Assembly (NCBI GenBank): GCA_000166095.1
Contig: CP002278.1
Coordinates: 960,001-992,000 of the forward strand
Direction: 5' to 3'
DNA: 32,000 nucleotides
Source: Methanothermus fervidus DSM 2088
Lineage (GTDB): Archaea > Methanobacteriota > Methanobacteria > DSM-2088 > Methanothermaceae
In this document: piece by piece, positions 1 through 9,851 of the stretch
How the letters are laid out: the number at the start of each line of letters is the position of its first letter
How positions within the stretch are numbered: position 1 is the stretch's first letter
Program-made: the position numbers and the translations under genes
Notes under the pieces: model-generated
What the model was told of the DNA's origin: nothing
The model's input: only the letters and a program-made list of their open reading frames with translations
Database searches by the model: none

Positions 1-1
1 A

Positions 2-334
2 AGTTATAAAGTGTATAGAGCAATAGCTGAAATTGAAGGAAAAATAAAAGAAGAAGATCTAAAAAAGATTGAACCTTCGTTTATTGTTAAACAAAGGACA
101 CCGTTACGAGTTTCCCATAGAAGGGCTGATAAAGTTAGAATAAGAAAAGTTTATGATATAAAACCAAAAATTTTGGATGAAAATACAATAGAACTCAAAA
201 TAAAGGCTGAAGGTGGATTATATATAAAGGAATTAATTTCAGGGGATGAAGGTAGAACAAAACCAAGCATAACTGAAATGTTGGGAAAGCAAGCAAAATG
301 TATAAAGTTAGATGTTATTGACATTGGAATTTAA
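2..334 (+). CDS. pus10: tRNA pseudouridine(54/55) synthase Pus10, C-terminal part (5' end lies outside the window)
   Basis: The frame is open from the window edge. The sequence QRTPLRVSHRRADKVRIRKVY...GGLYIKELISGDEGRTKPS matches the conserved Pus10 C-terminus as I remember it. It sits directly upstream of rpl21e, as in many archaea. Confidence 0.75.
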   Translation, partial: SYKVYRAIAEIEGKIKEEDLKKIEPSFIVKQRTPLRVSHRRADKVRIRKVYDIKPKILDENTIELKIKAEGGLYIKELISGDEGRTKPSITEMLGKQAKCIKLDVIDIGI

Positions 335-349
335 TTGGAGGTTTTATTA

Positions 350-643
350 ATGAAAGGTTCAAAGGGATTGAGAAGTGGAACTAGGTATAAATTCAAAAAG
401 AAAAAAAGACCAGGAATGACTAATCCAATAACAAGAATGATACAAAGATTTGAAAAAGGTGATAAAGTTCACATAATAGTGGATCCTAGTATTCATAAAG
501 GCCAACCACATCATAGATTCCACGGTAAAACAGGAGAAGTAATTGGAAAGAGAGGAAAATGTTATTTAATATCTGTAAGAGATGGTAATAAAGAAAAAAT
601 AGTTATAAGTAGGCCTGAGCACTTAAGACCTCAAAAGCAGTGA
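350..643 (+). CDS. rpl21e: 50S ribosomal protein L21e
   Basis: [17 protein letters not shown]...[28 protein letters not shown] is typical L21e. GGAGG at 337-341 precedes ATG 350, so the TTG 335 start in the ORF track is probably too long. Confidence 0.9.
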   Translation: MKGSKGLRSGTRYKFKKKKRPGMTNPITRMIQRFEKGDKVHIIVDPSIHKGQPHHRFHGKTGEVIGKRGKCYLISVRDGNKEKIVISRPEHLRPQKQ

Positions 644-990
644 TATCGATGATTGCTAAAGAAATTATAGAATCAACACCAGTTCCATTGCCTGTGGTTA
701 AAGAAATGTTGGAAGAACTTGGCAAGGAGTATGAACTAACACGAGAACAAAAATTAATTTTAGAACATATCAGTAAATTCGTAAAATTGAGTGCAAAGGA
801 AGCTATGGAACTCACAGACAAAATAGAAGAGATAGTAGGTGATAGAAGGATTGCCGTGCACATAGTAAACATAATGCCTGAAGATCTTGTAGAGTTACAT
901 GCATTATTAAGCAAAGAAAAAGTTTCATTAGGAAAGGAGGAAATGAAAAAAATTCTCAAAATTGTTAAAGAATATAAGAAAACTGAATAG
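640..990 (+). CDS. rpoF: DNA-directed RNA polymerase subunit F (Rpo4)
   Basis: About 115 aa, acidic and helical, with [12 protein letters not shown]...[15 protein letters not shown] (HRDC-like Rpo4/F). The GTG start overlaps the L21e stop (GTGA). ATG 649 is an alternative start. Confidence 0.8.
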   Translation: MISMIAKEIIESTPVPLPVVKEMLEELGKEYELTREQKLILEHISKFVKLSAKEAMELTDKIEEIVGDRRIAVHIVNIMPEDLVELHALLSKEKVSLGKEEMKKILKIVKEYKKTE

Positions 991-1001
991 CATGTGATTG
1001 G

Positions 1002-1607
1002 ATGGAAAAATATGCTATTATTTTAGATTATCTTCCTCATGGGTACATAGAGGAAGGAAGGCCTTTCTTTAGGAAGCGGCCAGTAGCACAGGCCATAGGG
1101 AAAGATGAATTTACATTGTTAGAATTAATACCAAAACCTGGAGTAGAATTAGACATACATGAAGAAGTTTATATTGGGCCTGGAAAACGTGATAAAATAG
1201 CTAGAGTTAACAGACGATTAACAGCTAGAGAGTTAACAGCTACAGCTCGCGTAGAGTTACCATACGTAGTCGAAGAAATTGTTAGATCAAGAGAAAATGA
1301 ATTTGTAGAATTTTTCAATAAAGCTACATCAATAAGTACTCGATTACACCAATTAGAGTTGTTACCAGGTATAGGAAAAAAATATATGTGGGAAATAATA
1401 AAAGCTCGTGAAAAAGAACCATTTAAAAGCTTTGAAGATATAAAAAAAAGAGTACCAAGTTTATCAGATCCTGTAAAAATTTTAGTTAAAAGAATACTTC
1501 TTGAATTAAATTTAGATGGAGGTAGTAAGGAAAAAGGAAAGAGAGGTAAACGAAAATATATACTGTTTGTAAAAGGTCTGAAGCGTAGGAGTAGAAGAAG
1601 ACGGTGA
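1002..1607 (+). CDS. DUF655 family protein (OB fold plus helix-hairpin-helix, putative nucleic-acid binding)
   Basis: AIILDYLPHGY...LELLPGIGKKYMWEII, with a C-terminal basic tail. It occupies the conserved position between rpoF and ksgA. Confidence 0.7.
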   Translation: MEKYAIILDYLPHGYIEEGRPFFRKRPVAQAIGKDEFTLLELIPKPGVELDIHEEVYIGPGKRDKIARVNRRLTARELTATARVELPYVVEEIVRSRENEFVEFFNKATSISTRLHQLELLPGIGKKYMWEIIKAREKEPFKSFEDIKKRVPSLSDPVKILVKRILLELNLDGGSKEKGKRGKRKYILFVKGLKRRSRRRR

Positions 1608-2455
1608 TCATAATATCATCATTACTCCATGAAACAAAATATATCTTAAAAAAATACAACATCTCTTTGAGTCGAAGATTGGGACAGAATTTTTTGATTA
1701 ATGAATATATAAGGAATAAAATAATTAATTATGCAAATTTAAACAAGAAAGATACAGTGTTAGAAATTGGTCCGGGGATAGGAACTCTTACAATTCCAAT
1801 GGCTAAATATGCAAAAAAAGTGATAGCAATAGAAAAAGATTGTAAGATGGTTGAAATACTGAAAGACAGAATTCATGATCTTAAAATTGATAACATAGAA
1901 ATTATTAATGCAGATGCTCTTAAAATTAAATTCCCAAAGTTTAACAAAGTAGTTTCTAATTTACCATACACCATCTCCTCTCCAATAACATTTAAGTTAT
2001 TAAATTATGATTTTAATTTAGGAGTTTTAATGTATCAAAAAGAATTTGCACAACGTCTCATTGCTAAACCAGGTACTTCCAATTATTCAAGATTGTCAGT
2101 CATGATGTATTTTAAGGCAAATGTAGAATTATTAGATATTATACCACCAAAATCGTTTATTCCAAGACCTAAAGTAAAATCAGCGATTGTTAAGATAATC
2201 CCAAAGAAGAAATTTAAAATTAATAGATTTTTTGAAAATGTGTGTCGGGCATTATTTCAGCATAAAAGGAAAAAATCAAAAAAAGCATTGATTGAATCAT
2301 CACATGAACTTAACATGAATAAATCAAAATTAAAACAAATTTTGGAAAGATTAGACCCAAAGTTAGCAGAAAAAAGAGTATTTAAATTAACACCAAATGA
2401 AATTCTCAAAATATCAAAATTTATTGAGGAACATGATAAAGTACAAAAACCTTAA
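1604..2455 (+). CDS. rsmA: 16S rRNA (adenine1518/1519-N6)-dimethyltransferase KsgA/Dim1
   Basis: LGQNFL motif, SAM motif LEIGPGIGTLT and NLPY motif. The GTG start forms a GTGA overlap with the upstream stop. Confidence 0.9.
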   Translation: MIIISSLLHETKYILKKYNISLSRRLGQNFLINEYIRNKIINYANLNKKDTVLEIGPGIGTLTIPMAKYAKKVIAIEKDCKMVEILKDRIHDLKIDNIEIINADALKIKFPKFNKVVSNLPYTISSPITFKLLNYDFNLGVLMYQKEFAQRLIAKPGTSNYSRLSVMMYFKANVELLDIIPPKSFIPRPKVKSAIVKIIPKKKFKINRFFENVCRALFQHKRKKSKKALIESSHELNMNKSKLKQILERLDPKLAEKRVFKLTPNEILKISKFIEEHDKVQKP

Positions 2456-3020
2456 ATTTAAAACATGTCCAAAAGTTTATGAACCTTCAGATGACACATT
2501 TTTGTTACTTAAAAATTTAAAAATATGTAAAGATGATAAAGTATTGGAAATAGGTACGGGAATAGGTATAATAGCTATATTTGCATCACAGATAGCTAGA
2601 GAAGTTGTTGCAACCGATATAAATCCCTATGCTATTCAATGTGCTAAAAAAAATGCGCAAATAAATTCTGTAAAAAACATTAAATTTCTTGAAGGAAATC
2701 TTTTTGAACCCATAAATGAAAAGTTCAATACAATTTTATTTAATCCTCCTTATTTACCAACAGAAGATTTTAAAGAATTAAAGGATGAGTTATGCTTAGC
2801 ATGGGATGGAGGAAGCAATGGAAGAAAAATCATTGATAGATTTTTAAAAGAAGTAGACAAATATTTAAAACCTGATGGGAAAATTCAATTAGTCCAATCA
2901 TCTCTTTCAAATCCAAATAAAACAATTGATATACTGGAAAGAAAAGGATTTGAAGTTGAAATAACTGCATCAAAGAAATTATTCTTTGAAGAATTGTTGG
3001 TAATAACTGCATTTAAGTGA
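2433..3020 (+). CDS. HemK/Mtq2-family (N5-glutamine-type) class I methyltransferase
   Basis: VLEIGTGIGII (motif I) and FNPPYLP (NPPY motif). The start is ambiguous: ATG 2433 or ATG 2397, and 2397 would overlap ksgA by 59 nt. Confidence 0.7.
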   Translation: MIKYKNLKFKTCPKVYEPSDDTFLLLKNLKICKDDKVLEIGTGIGIIAIFASQIAREVVATDINPYAIQCAKKNAQINSVKNIKFLEGNLFEPINEKFNTILFNPPYLPTEDFKELKDELCLAWDGGSNGRKIIDRFLKEVDKYLKPDGKIQLVQSSLSNPNKTIDILERKGFEVEITASKKLFFEELLVITAFK

Positions 3021-3595
3021 TTGAAATGTTAGAGAAACTAAAATCTACCTTAGAAAAATCTCCTGTAATAAAAAAAGGAGAATATCATTATTTTGTGAGT
3101 CCTGTAACTGATGGAATACCCCTAACAGAGCCCAATCTACTGATGGAGATCGTAGATGCAATAGAAAAGAAATTTGATTTGGAAGATATAGATAAAATAG
3201 TATGCATTGAAGCAATGGGGATACATTTAGCAACAGCATTGTCAATAAAAACAGGGATACCTTTTGTAGTAATCAGGAAAAAGAAATATGGACTTCCCGG
3301 AGAAGTAGAAATACGACAAGTTACAGGATATGGAGAATCAAATCTATATGTAAATGGTGTTAATTCTGGAGACAAAATTTTAGTGATTGATGATGTTGTA
3401 AGTACTGGAGGAACATTGATTTCTGTTATAAATGCATTGAAAAAAATTAGTGCAGATATAAAATATGTCATAGCTGTTGTAGAAAAAGGTGAAGGAAGAA
3501 AAAAGGTAGAAAAAGAAACTGGAACTAAAGTTAATACCCTTGTTAAAGTTGATGTAATAGATGGTGAGGTGAAAATTATAAACAATGAAGTATGA
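3017..3595 (+). CDS. hpt: Archaeal hypoxanthine/guanine (purine) phosphoribosyltransferase
   Basis: PRPP-binding motif ILVIDDVVSTGGT. The N-terminus YHYFVSPVTDGIP is typical of the archaeal Hpt (MJ1655-like) family. Start is GTG 3017 or ATG 3026. Confidence 0.75.
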   Translation: MIEMLEKLKSTLEKSPVIKKGEYHYFVSPVTDGIPLTEPNLLMEIVDAIEKKFDLEDIDKIVCIEAMGIHLATALSIKTGIPFVVIRKKKYGLPGEVEIRQVTGYGESNLYVNGVNSGDKILVIDDVVSTGGTLISVINALKKISADIKYVIAVVEKGEGRKKVEKETGTKVNTLVKVDVIDGEVKIINNEV

Positions 3596-4598
3596 TTTTA
3601 AGTTAAATAAGGTAATTAAAAAAATAAAAGAAAAAAATGCAAAAAATGTAGTTTTACAATTTCCAGAAGGTCTTAGGCCAAAGGCAATTGACATAGCTAA
3701 AAAAATAGAGTCTAAAACCAATGTAAATGTAATTATTTCGGCAGATTCATGTTATGGTGCATGTGATGTCGCAGATAAAAAATATTATGGAATTGTTGAT
3801 TTAATAGTACATTATGGTCATACACCATTGCCTATTAAAACAAAGGTTCCAACAATTTTTGTTGAAGCTTTCTCTACTTTAGATTTTAAAGACATTAAAA
3901 ATCTTTTAAAACAAGCCATAGATTATATTGGGAAAGACAAGAAAATTGGATTAGTTTCAGTTGCACAACATCTTCCATTACTTAAAAAAATTAAAAAATA
4001 TCTAGAAAAAAAAGGTAAAGAAGTTGTAATGAAAAAAGGAATTGGGACAAAACCTGGGCAAGTTTTGGGATGTAATTTTTCTTCGGTTAAAAATTTAGAT
4101 GTTGATACTTATTTGTTTATTGGTGGTGGAAACTTTCATGCACTAGGAATAAAATTAGCAACAAAGAAACCAGTAGTTATTGTAGATCCATACGAAGGTG
4201 AAGTAAGAAACATAGAAAGGTTCGCAAAAAAAATTATGAAAATAAGATTTGCTAAAATAATAAAAGCTCAAAAAGCAAAAACTTGGGGAATATTGATGTC
4301 ATCAAAACCAGGCCAACTTAGACAAGAATTAGCATTAAAACTAAAAAATAAATTAAAAGCTCATGGCAAAAAATCATTTCTCATAATTTTAGATAACATA
4401 GTCCCCGAATTTTTACAATCTTTTACAGGTATAGATGCTTTTGTTTCTACTGCTTGCCCTCGTATTGCTATTGATGATTCTTATCTTTTTAAAAAACCCG
4501 TATTAACACCTAAGGAACTAGAAATTGTATTAGGTGAGAGAAGTTGGGAAGAATATGAATTAGACGAAATAATTTGGGAGGAAGGGAATGAAAACTAA
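3585..4598 (+). CDS. dph2: Diphthamide synthesis protein Dph2 (2-(3-amino-3-carboxypropyl)histidine synthase)
   Basis: VVLQFPEGL...ADSCYGACD...STACPRIAIDD, which are the conserved Cys motifs of archaeal Dph2. Length is 337 aa. Confidence 0.85.
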   Translation: MKYDFKLNKVIKKIKEKNAKNVVLQFPEGLRPKAIDIAKKIESKTNVNVIISADSCYGACDVADKKYYGIVDLIVHYGHTPLPIKTKVPTIFVEAFSTLDFKDIKNLLKQAIDYIGKDKKIGLVSVAQHLPLLKKIKKYLEKKGKEVVMKKGIGTKPGQVLGCNFSSVKNLDVDTYLFIGGGNFHALGIKLATKKPVVIVDPYEGEVRNIERFAKKIMKIRFAKIIKAQKAKTWGILMSSKPGQLRQELALKLKNKLKAHGKKSFLIILDNIVPEFLQSFTGIDAFVSTACPRIAIDDSYLFKKPVLTPKELEIVLGERSWEEYELDEIIWEEGNEN

Positions 4599-5187
4599 AG
4601 TAAAAAGTGGAGATTTAGTACTTCCAGGAGATACATTAGGTATAAGCGAAGAATTTATTCCTCTCCACAATACTTATGAAGAGAATGGTAAAATAAAATC
4701 TTTAATTGTAGGGCGAGTATTAAAGGATTATAGAAATAAGACTATTTCTGTGATGCCATGCTTAGAATTACCTCCTATTTTAAAGAAAAATACACATGTA
4801 ATTGGTGAAGTAATTGATATTAAAGAAGAGAAGATAGCATTAGTTAGACTTCTGGGTGTCAAAGGGCTTAAAAGACCTATTTTTACTAATTTGATCGCTG
4901 GAATTTATCTTCCAAATGTTCAAAGAGCTTATTTAAATAAAATGAGTGATGCATTCCATATTGGCGACATTGTGGAAGCTAAAATTCATGAAATGTTAGG
5001 GTTAAGTTATATATCTTTAAGAACAGTTGAAAAAGATTTAGGAGTGATAAGAGCTCTCTGTACTAAATGTAGAAATCCTATGGCAAAGATTGGAAGAAAT
5101 CTTGTAAAATGTACGAATTGTGGGAATATAGAGAAAAGAAAACTTTCTATCAACTATATCATAAAGGGGGAGAAAAATGAAAATTAA
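4588..5187 (+). CDS. csl4: Exosome complex RNA-binding protein Csl4
   Basis: N-terminal VLPGDTLG, an S1-like core and a C-terminal zinc ribbon CTKC...CTNCG. It lies in the conserved dph2-csl4-rpoL order. Confidence 0.85.
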   Translation: MKTKVKSGDLVLPGDTLGISEEFIPLHNTYEENGKIKSLIVGRVLKDYRNKTISVMPCLELPPILKKNTHVIGEVIDIKEEKIALVRLLGVKGLKRPIFTNLIAGIYLPNVQRAYLNKMSDAFHIGDIVEAKIHEMLGLSYISLRTVEKDLGVIRALCTKCRNPMAKIGRNLVKCTNCGNIEKRKLSINYIIKGEKNEN

Positions 5188-5437
5188 AATAACTAAAGAA
5201 ACAAAAAACGAATTAGAGATTATACTGAAAGGTGAAAACCATACTTTCTGTAATTTATTAAGAAAAAAGCTTTTGGAAGATAAAGATGTGGAAGTCGCTG
5301 CATATACAATAGATCATCCAATTGTTGGAGAACCAAGATTATATGTTAGAGGAAAAAATCCAAAACAATCTTTGTTAAAAGCTGCTAAAAATATAAAAGA
5401 AAACTTCAATGAATTTAAAAAAATTTTAGAGTCATGA
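5177..5437 (+). CDS. rpoL: DNA-directed RNA polymerase subunit L (Rpo11)
   Basis: 86 aa with ELEIILKGENHTFCNLLR...AAYTIDHPIVGEPRLYV, typical of Rpo11/L. Confidence 0.85.
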   Translation: MKIKITKETKNELEIILKGENHTFCNLLRKKLLEDKDVEVAAYTIDHPIVGEPRLYVRGKNPKQSLLKAAKNIKENFNEFKKILES

Positions 5438-6027
5438 TAAAAAAATTTAGAAGAATTAAAGAAGAAATAAGGATTTTAGGAATAGATGATGCCCCTTTTA
5501 AACCTTTTAAAAAAAGCCAGGTGTTAGTTGTTGGCACTATTTTTCGTGGAAATAAGGCATTAGATGGTGTTCTAAGTACTCATGTTGAAGTTGATGGAGA
5601 AGATGCTACAAAAAAACTTGTTGAGATGATCAACAACACCAGACATAAAGATCAGTTAGGTGTTGTAATGCTTGATGGCATTACATTTGCAGGATTTAAT
5701 ATTGTAGATATAGAGAAGTTATTTAATAAAACAAAAATACCAGTTATAGTGATTATCAAAAAATTTCCAAATAGAAATAAAATTAAAGAAGCATTAAAAA
5801 AGCATTTTAAGGATTGGAAAGAAAGATGGAAAAAGGTTCTTAATGCAGGTAAAATCTATAAAGTAGAAAATTTAGACTTATATATTCAAATAAAAGGTTT
5901 AAAATTGAAGGACGCAATAAAAATTGTTAAATTGAGTATAAAATATGGAATTACACCTGAACCTATCCGTGTAGCTCATCTAATAGCATCTGGGATTGAA
6001 AAGGGTGAATCTCGTGGCAAAGTATAA
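5434..6027 (+). CDS. DUF99/UPF0215 family protein (EndoV-like fold, function poorly defined)
   Basis: IRILGIDDAPF...VVGTIFRG...VMLDGITFAGFNIVD, the UPF0215 signature as I remember it. ATGA overlap with rpoL. Confidence 0.7.
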   Translation: MIKKFRRIKEEIRILGIDDAPFKPFKKSQVLVVGTIFRGNKALDGVLSTHVEVDGEDATKKLVEMINNTRHKDQLGVVMLDGITFAGFNIVDIEKLFNKTKIPVIVIIKKFPNRNKIKEALKKHFKDWKERWKKVLNAGKIYKVENLDLYIQIKGLKLKDAIKIVKLSIKYGITPEPIRVAHLIASGIEKGESRGKV

Positions 6028-6442
6028 AAGTCCAAAACTTACTGTCGATATTATAATAATGGATTCTAAGGGTAAAATTGTTTTAATAAAAAGAAAAAAA
6101 GATCCTTATAAGAACTTTTGGGCATTGCCTGGTGGATTTGTAGAATATGGTGAAAAGGTTGAAGAAGCTGCAATTAGGGAAGCTAAAGAAGAAACAGGAC
6201 TCAATATAAAACTAAAAAAATTGGTTGGAGTATATTCAGATCCTAATAGAGATCCGCGCGGCCATGTTGTAAGTATATGTTATCTTGCTTCCCCAGTTTC
6301 TGGAAAACTTAAAGCAAAAACAGATGCCAAAGACGTTTCATTATTTAATATAGAAGAAATCGATAATATCAAATTAGCATTTGATCATGCTAAAATGATA
6401 AAAGATGCTCTTGAATTACTTGAACATGAAAATTTATATTAA
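6014..6442 (+). CDS. NUDIX hydrolase
   Basis: Nudix box GGFVEYGEKVEEAAIREAKEETGL. The start is uncertain (TTG 5996, GTG 6005, GTG 6014 or ATG 6059). 6014 minimises the overlap with the upstream gene. Confidence 0.8.
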   Translation: MAKYKSPKLTVDIIIMDSKGKIVLIKRKKDPYKNFWALPGGFVEYGEKVEEAAIREAKEETGLNIKLKKLVGVYSDPNRDPRGHVVSICYLASPVSGKLKAKTDAKDVSLFNIEEIDNIKLAFDHAKMIKDALELLEHENLY

Positions 6443-6486
6443 CAACAAAGGATAGCAAATTAAGTAAGAAAAATTGGAGGTTGAAA

Positions 6487-6804
6487 ATGGAATTTTGTCC
6501 TAAATGTAAAGCATTGATGGTTTCCAAAAACGGTGTATTGAAATGTACAAGATGTGGATACGAAAAAAAATTAGACAAAAATGTAATTAACACGTATAAA
6601 ACTACGGAAAAAGTTGGAAAAAGAGAAGCCGTGATTTTCACGAAGTCTGAAGTAAAAACCATGCCTACAGTTAAAAAAGAATGTCCTAAATGTGGTAACA
6701 ATGAAGCCTATTGGTGGTTACAACAAACAAGGAGAGCTGACGAATCAGAAACAAGATTCTTTAGATGTACAAAATGTAAATATACATGGCGTGAATATGA
6801 TTAG
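6487..6804 (+). CDS. tfs: Transcription factor S (TFS, RpoM-like)
   Basis: Two zinc ribbons (CPKC...CTRCG and CPKCG...CTKC) and the acidic loop QQTRRADESET. GGAGG at 6476-6480 precedes ATG 6487. Confidence 0.9.
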   Translation: MEFCPKCKALMVSKNGVLKCTRCGYEKKLDKNVINTYKTTEKVGKREAVIFTKSEVKTMPTVKKECPKCGNNEAYWWLQQTRRADESETRFFRCTKCKYTWREYD

Positions 6805-6821
6805 TAATTAGTGGTGTAATT

Positions 6822-7115
6822 ATGAAAAAGATATTACATGAAAAAATATCTAAATTTAAAAAAAATAAAGGAAAAATTGTGAAATTGACATGTCTTATAA
6901 TTGGATCCTCGTTAGTCATCTTTGGCTCTTTAAATTTACTTACTCCCACCGAAAGGTTTGTAGATAATATAGTTGTTAGTGAAAAGTCTATAATGACAGC
7001 ATTTTTAATTTTAACAGGATTGGTGATAGGAACTGGTGCAGTAGCAGATGATATCAGTAAAAAATTATTTAAAGACTTCCATAGGAAAGTCTCCAGTTTA
7101 GAGGAGGAAGATTAA
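6822..7115 (+). CDS. Small hypothetical membrane protein (2 predicted TM helices)
   Basis: RBS-like GTGGTG precedes the ATG. Two hydrophobic stretches and an acidic C-terminus. I recognise no family. Confidence 0.5.
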   Translation: MKKILHEKISKFKKNKGKIVKLTCLIIGSSLVIFGSLNLLTPTERFVDNIVVSEKSIMTAFLILTGLVIGTGAVADDISKKLFKDFHRKVSSLEEED

Positions 7116-7847
7116 ATGCTTAAAGCAAGATTATCTGATCCAGACATTTTAAAAAGTAGTTTTGATGCTATAAGTGGTATCATAGATGAAGTTCAAATGA
7201 TAGCAAAGGAAGATGGTATATATATGGATGCAATAGATCGTAGCCACATAACCTTTGTGCATTTAGAATTAAAGAATGAATTATTTGATGAATATAGTGT
7301 TGATGGTGAAGAAAAAATAAATATAGATACTGAAGAGTTAGTAAAAGTATTAAAGAGAGTAAGAAGTACAGAAATAATAACATTGGAAACTGATGAGAAC
7401 AATCTCATTATTTCAATTGAAAATGATGCAAAAAGATCATTTAGGATTAGATTGATAGATATAAGTTATGAAAAACCTAAAACTCCAAAACTAGATTTGC
7501 CTGTTTCTGTAGAAGTTCCAGTTGATGTTTTAAGAGATGCTATCAGAGATTTAGAAATGTTTAATGACAAAATAGTTTTTGAAGTAGATGAGAACAAACT
7601 CTTGATTACAGGAGAAAGTGAATTTGGAGATGTAAAAATTGAATATCCACATGCAGAAGAAGTAGATTCTAAGGTTAGAAGTGTATATAGTTTAGAAAAA
7701 GTTAAAGAAATGTTAAAAGCTTATAAATTTAGTGATAGAGTTATTGTTTCTCTCGGAAACGATACACCTCTCGATCTTACATTTGAACTTCCTGAAGGAG
7801 AAGGTAGATTAACTTTTCTACTAGCTCCTAGATTGGAGGCTGAATAA
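7116..7847 (+). CDS. pcn: DNA polymerase sliding clamp PCNA
   Basis: 243 aa, acidic. The N-terminus LKARLSDPDILKSSFDAISGIIDEV and the C-terminal FLLAPRLE are typical of archaeal PCNA. Confidence 0.9.
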   Translation: MLKARLSDPDILKSSFDAISGIIDEVQMIAKEDGIYMDAIDRSHITFVHLELKNELFDEYSVDGEEKINIDTEELVKVLKRVRSTEIITLETDENNLIISIENDAKRSFRIRLIDISYEKPKTPKLDLPVSVEVPVDVLRDAIRDLEMFNDKIVFEVDENKLLITGESEFGDVKIEYPHAEEVDSKVRSVYSLEKVKEMLKAYKFSDRVIVSLGNDTPLDLTFELPEGEGRLTFLLAPRLEAE

Positions 7848-7876
7848 TAATTTGATTTTTAATTTATTGTGGTGAA

Positions 7877-8425
7877 ATGGATCTACGTAAATTCTTTAAA
7901 AAACTTCGGGAAATACATAGAAACGAAAGGATAAGTAGTAAATTAACAAAAATTGATAAAAATTTTTATAAAAAAACAAACAAATATTTAAAGGAGCTTA
8001 AAAATTCTATAAAAGATGATCCATTTTCAAGGCAAGAATTATTTTTCCAATCAAAAAGGATTATTACAGAAATATGTGAAAGAAGAGAACGCAAAATTGT
8101 TAATAAATTATTGACAAATTTTCAAAAAAATTATGATATTGTAGAAGGTAGTAAAAAAACTATTGATTCGGCACCAAAAAATTTAACTCCTGAGGAAAAA
8201 GAACTTTATTTCTCTCTACTAGAAGTATTAAAAAAATACAGAGAAAAAATACATAGAACTAAGCCTATTAAGAATTACAAAACCATAATTATATTAGATA
8301 ACATACCTTCTATTGTAGGCATAGATAAAAAAATATATGGTCCATTTAGAGAACAAGATGTCGTAGTCTTACCAAAGCTTAATGCAAGAATATTCCTTAA
8401 ATATAAGAAAGGTAAAAGAATATGA
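7877..8425 (+). CDS. Putative GINS subunit (Gins51/Gins15-like)
   Basis: Helical N-terminal domain with ...LTKIDKNFY...[12 protein letters not shown] (Sld5/GINS A-domain-like) and a small C-terminal beta domain. It sits immediately downstream of pcna, as gins51 does in Thermococcales (from memory). Confidence 0.55.
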   Translation: MDLRKFFKKLREIHRNERISSKLTKIDKNFYKKTNKYLKELKNSIKDDPFSRQELFFQSKRIITEICERRERKIVNKLLTNFQKNYDIVEGSKKTIDSAPKNLTPEEKELYFSLLEVLKKYREKIHRTKPIKNYKTIIILDNIPSIVGIDKKIYGPFREQDVVVLPKLNARIFLKYKKGKRI

Positions 8426-8435
8426 GGTGAAGAAA

Positions 8436-8711
8436 ATGAAAATACCTAAGGAAGTGAGAAGATATTGCCCATATTGCAGAAAACATACGACACATGAGGT
8501 ATTTGAATCAAAAAGAAGGAAAGCTAGTGAACTAAAGTGGGGACAAAGACAGTTTAGAAGAGTGACAGCAGGTTATCGTGGTTATCCACGTCCATTACCT
8601 TCAGGAAGTAAACCAACAAAAAAAGTTGACTTAAGATTTAGATGTAAAGAATGCGGTAAAGCCCATAGTAAAAGAAAGACATTTAGAGCTGGTAGAATAG
8701 AATTTGTATGA
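8436..8711 (+). CDS. rpl44e: 50S ribosomal protein L44e
   Basis: [22 protein letters not shown]...CKECGKAH zinc ribbon. GAGGTGA at 8424-8430 precedes ATG 8436, so the ORF-track start at 8382 is rejected. Confidence 0.9.
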   Translation: MKIPKEVRRYCPYCRKHTTHEVFESKRRKASELKWGQRQFRRVTAGYRGYPRPLPSGSKPTKKVDLRFRCKECGKAHSKRKTFRAGRIEFV

Positions 8712-8722
8712 GGGGGTTTTAG

Positions 8723-8896
8723 ATGCGCCCCCAAAGCAGATTTATAAAAATAAAATGTTTAGATTGTGGAAACCAACAAATAACATTTGATAGGGCTTCC
8801 TCAGTGGTTCGATGCTTAGTGTGTGGTAAAGTGCTGGTTAAACCACAAGGAGGCAAGGCAAAAATATTAGCAAAAGTTATAGAGACTGTGGATTAG
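8723..8896 (+). CDS. rps27e: 30S ribosomal protein S27e
   Basis: Not in the ORF track (57 aa). Hand translation gives MRPQSRFIKIKCLDCGNQQITFDRASSVVRCLVCGKVLVKPQGGKAKILAKVIETVD, a C4 zinc ribbon typical of S27e. GAGGGGG RBS upstream. Confidence 0.85.
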   Translation: MRPQSRFIKIKCLDCGNQQITFDRASSVVRCLVCGKVLVKPQGGKAKILAKVIETVD

Positions 8897-8907
8897 TGGT
8901 GTAGAAT

Positions 8908-9681
8908 ATGGCTTTAAAAGAATGGCCAGAAGAAGGCGAATTAGTAGTTGCTACAGTAAAAAAAGTTAGAGATTATGGTGCATTTGTAAGATTAGAAGAA
9001 TATAAAGGTAAAGAAGGATTTATACATATCTCAGAAGTTTCATCTGGTTGGGTAAAAAATATTAGGGATTTTGTAAAAGAAAATCAAAAAATCGTTGCAA
9101 GAGTTGTAAGAGTTAACCCTGTAAAAGGACAAGTAGATTTATCATTGAAAGGTATAAGAGAGGATCAAAAAAGGAAAAAAATCCAACAATGGAGAATAGA
9201 ACAAAAAGCTGAAAAGTTTTTAGAGTTAGCAGCAAAAAGTTTAAATAAAGATCTTGAAACAGCCTATAAAGAACTTGGCAAAATAGTTGTGGAAAATTTT
9301 GGAGATCTTTATGCAGTATTTGAAGTAGCAGCAGATGAGGGAGAAAAAGCATTAATAGATGTGGGTATTCCAAAAGATTGGGCAAAGGCAATTACAGAAG
9401 TCGCTGTAAAAAACATTAAGCCATCTAAAGTAAAAATAACAGGCTATGTAGATCTTATCTCCTATGCTCCAAATGGTGTAGAAATAATAAGAGATGCACT
9501 GAAGAAAATTGAAGATAAAGACATAGAAATTCAAGTTGTTGGAGCACCAAGATATAGAATAACAGTTACTTCCAAAGATTATCCTTCCGCTGAAAAGAAA
9601 CTTAGAAAAGCTGCTGAGAAATGCATATCATTTGTCGAAAAATTTGGTGGAAAAGGAGAATTTCATCGTGAAGTAACATGA
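8908..9681 (+). CDS. eif2a: Translation initiation factor aIF-2 alpha subunit
   Basis: N-terminal S1 domain [24 protein letters not shown]...GFIHISEV. 257 aa, in the conserved rps27e-eif2a-nop10 order. Confidence 0.9.
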   Translation: MALKEWPEEGELVVATVKKVRDYGAFVRLEEYKGKEGFIHISEVSSGWVKNIRDFVKENQKIVARVVRVNPVKGQVDLSLKGIREDQKRKKIQQWRIEQKAEKFLELAAKSLNKDLETAYKELGKIVVENFGDLYAVFEVAADEGEKALIDVGIPKDWAKAITEVAVKNIKPSKVKITGYVDLISYAPNGVEIIRDALKKIEDKDIEIQVVGAPRYRITVTSKDYPSAEKKLRKAAEKCISFVEKFGGKGEFHREVT

Positions 9682-9851
9682 AAATGAAAAAATGTAAAGT
9701 ATGTGGTGAATATACATTAAAAGATAAGTGTCCTTATTGTGGAGGGGAAGTAAGGATTCCTCGCCCAGCCCGATTTTCCCCAGAAGATAAATATGGGAAG
9801 TACCGGCGTATATTAAAAAAACAAACTATCCTTAGGGGAGAAAAAACATGA
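9678..9851 (+). CDS. nop10: H/ACA RNP component Nop10
   Basis: Not in the ORF track (57 aa). Hand translation gives [48 protein letters not shown]..., the Nop10 zinc ribbon plus [10 protein letters not shown] motif. ATGA-type overlaps on both sides. Confidence 0.85.
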   Translation: MKMKKCKVCGEYTLKDKCPYCGGEVRIPRPARFSPEDKYGKYRRILKKQTILRGEKT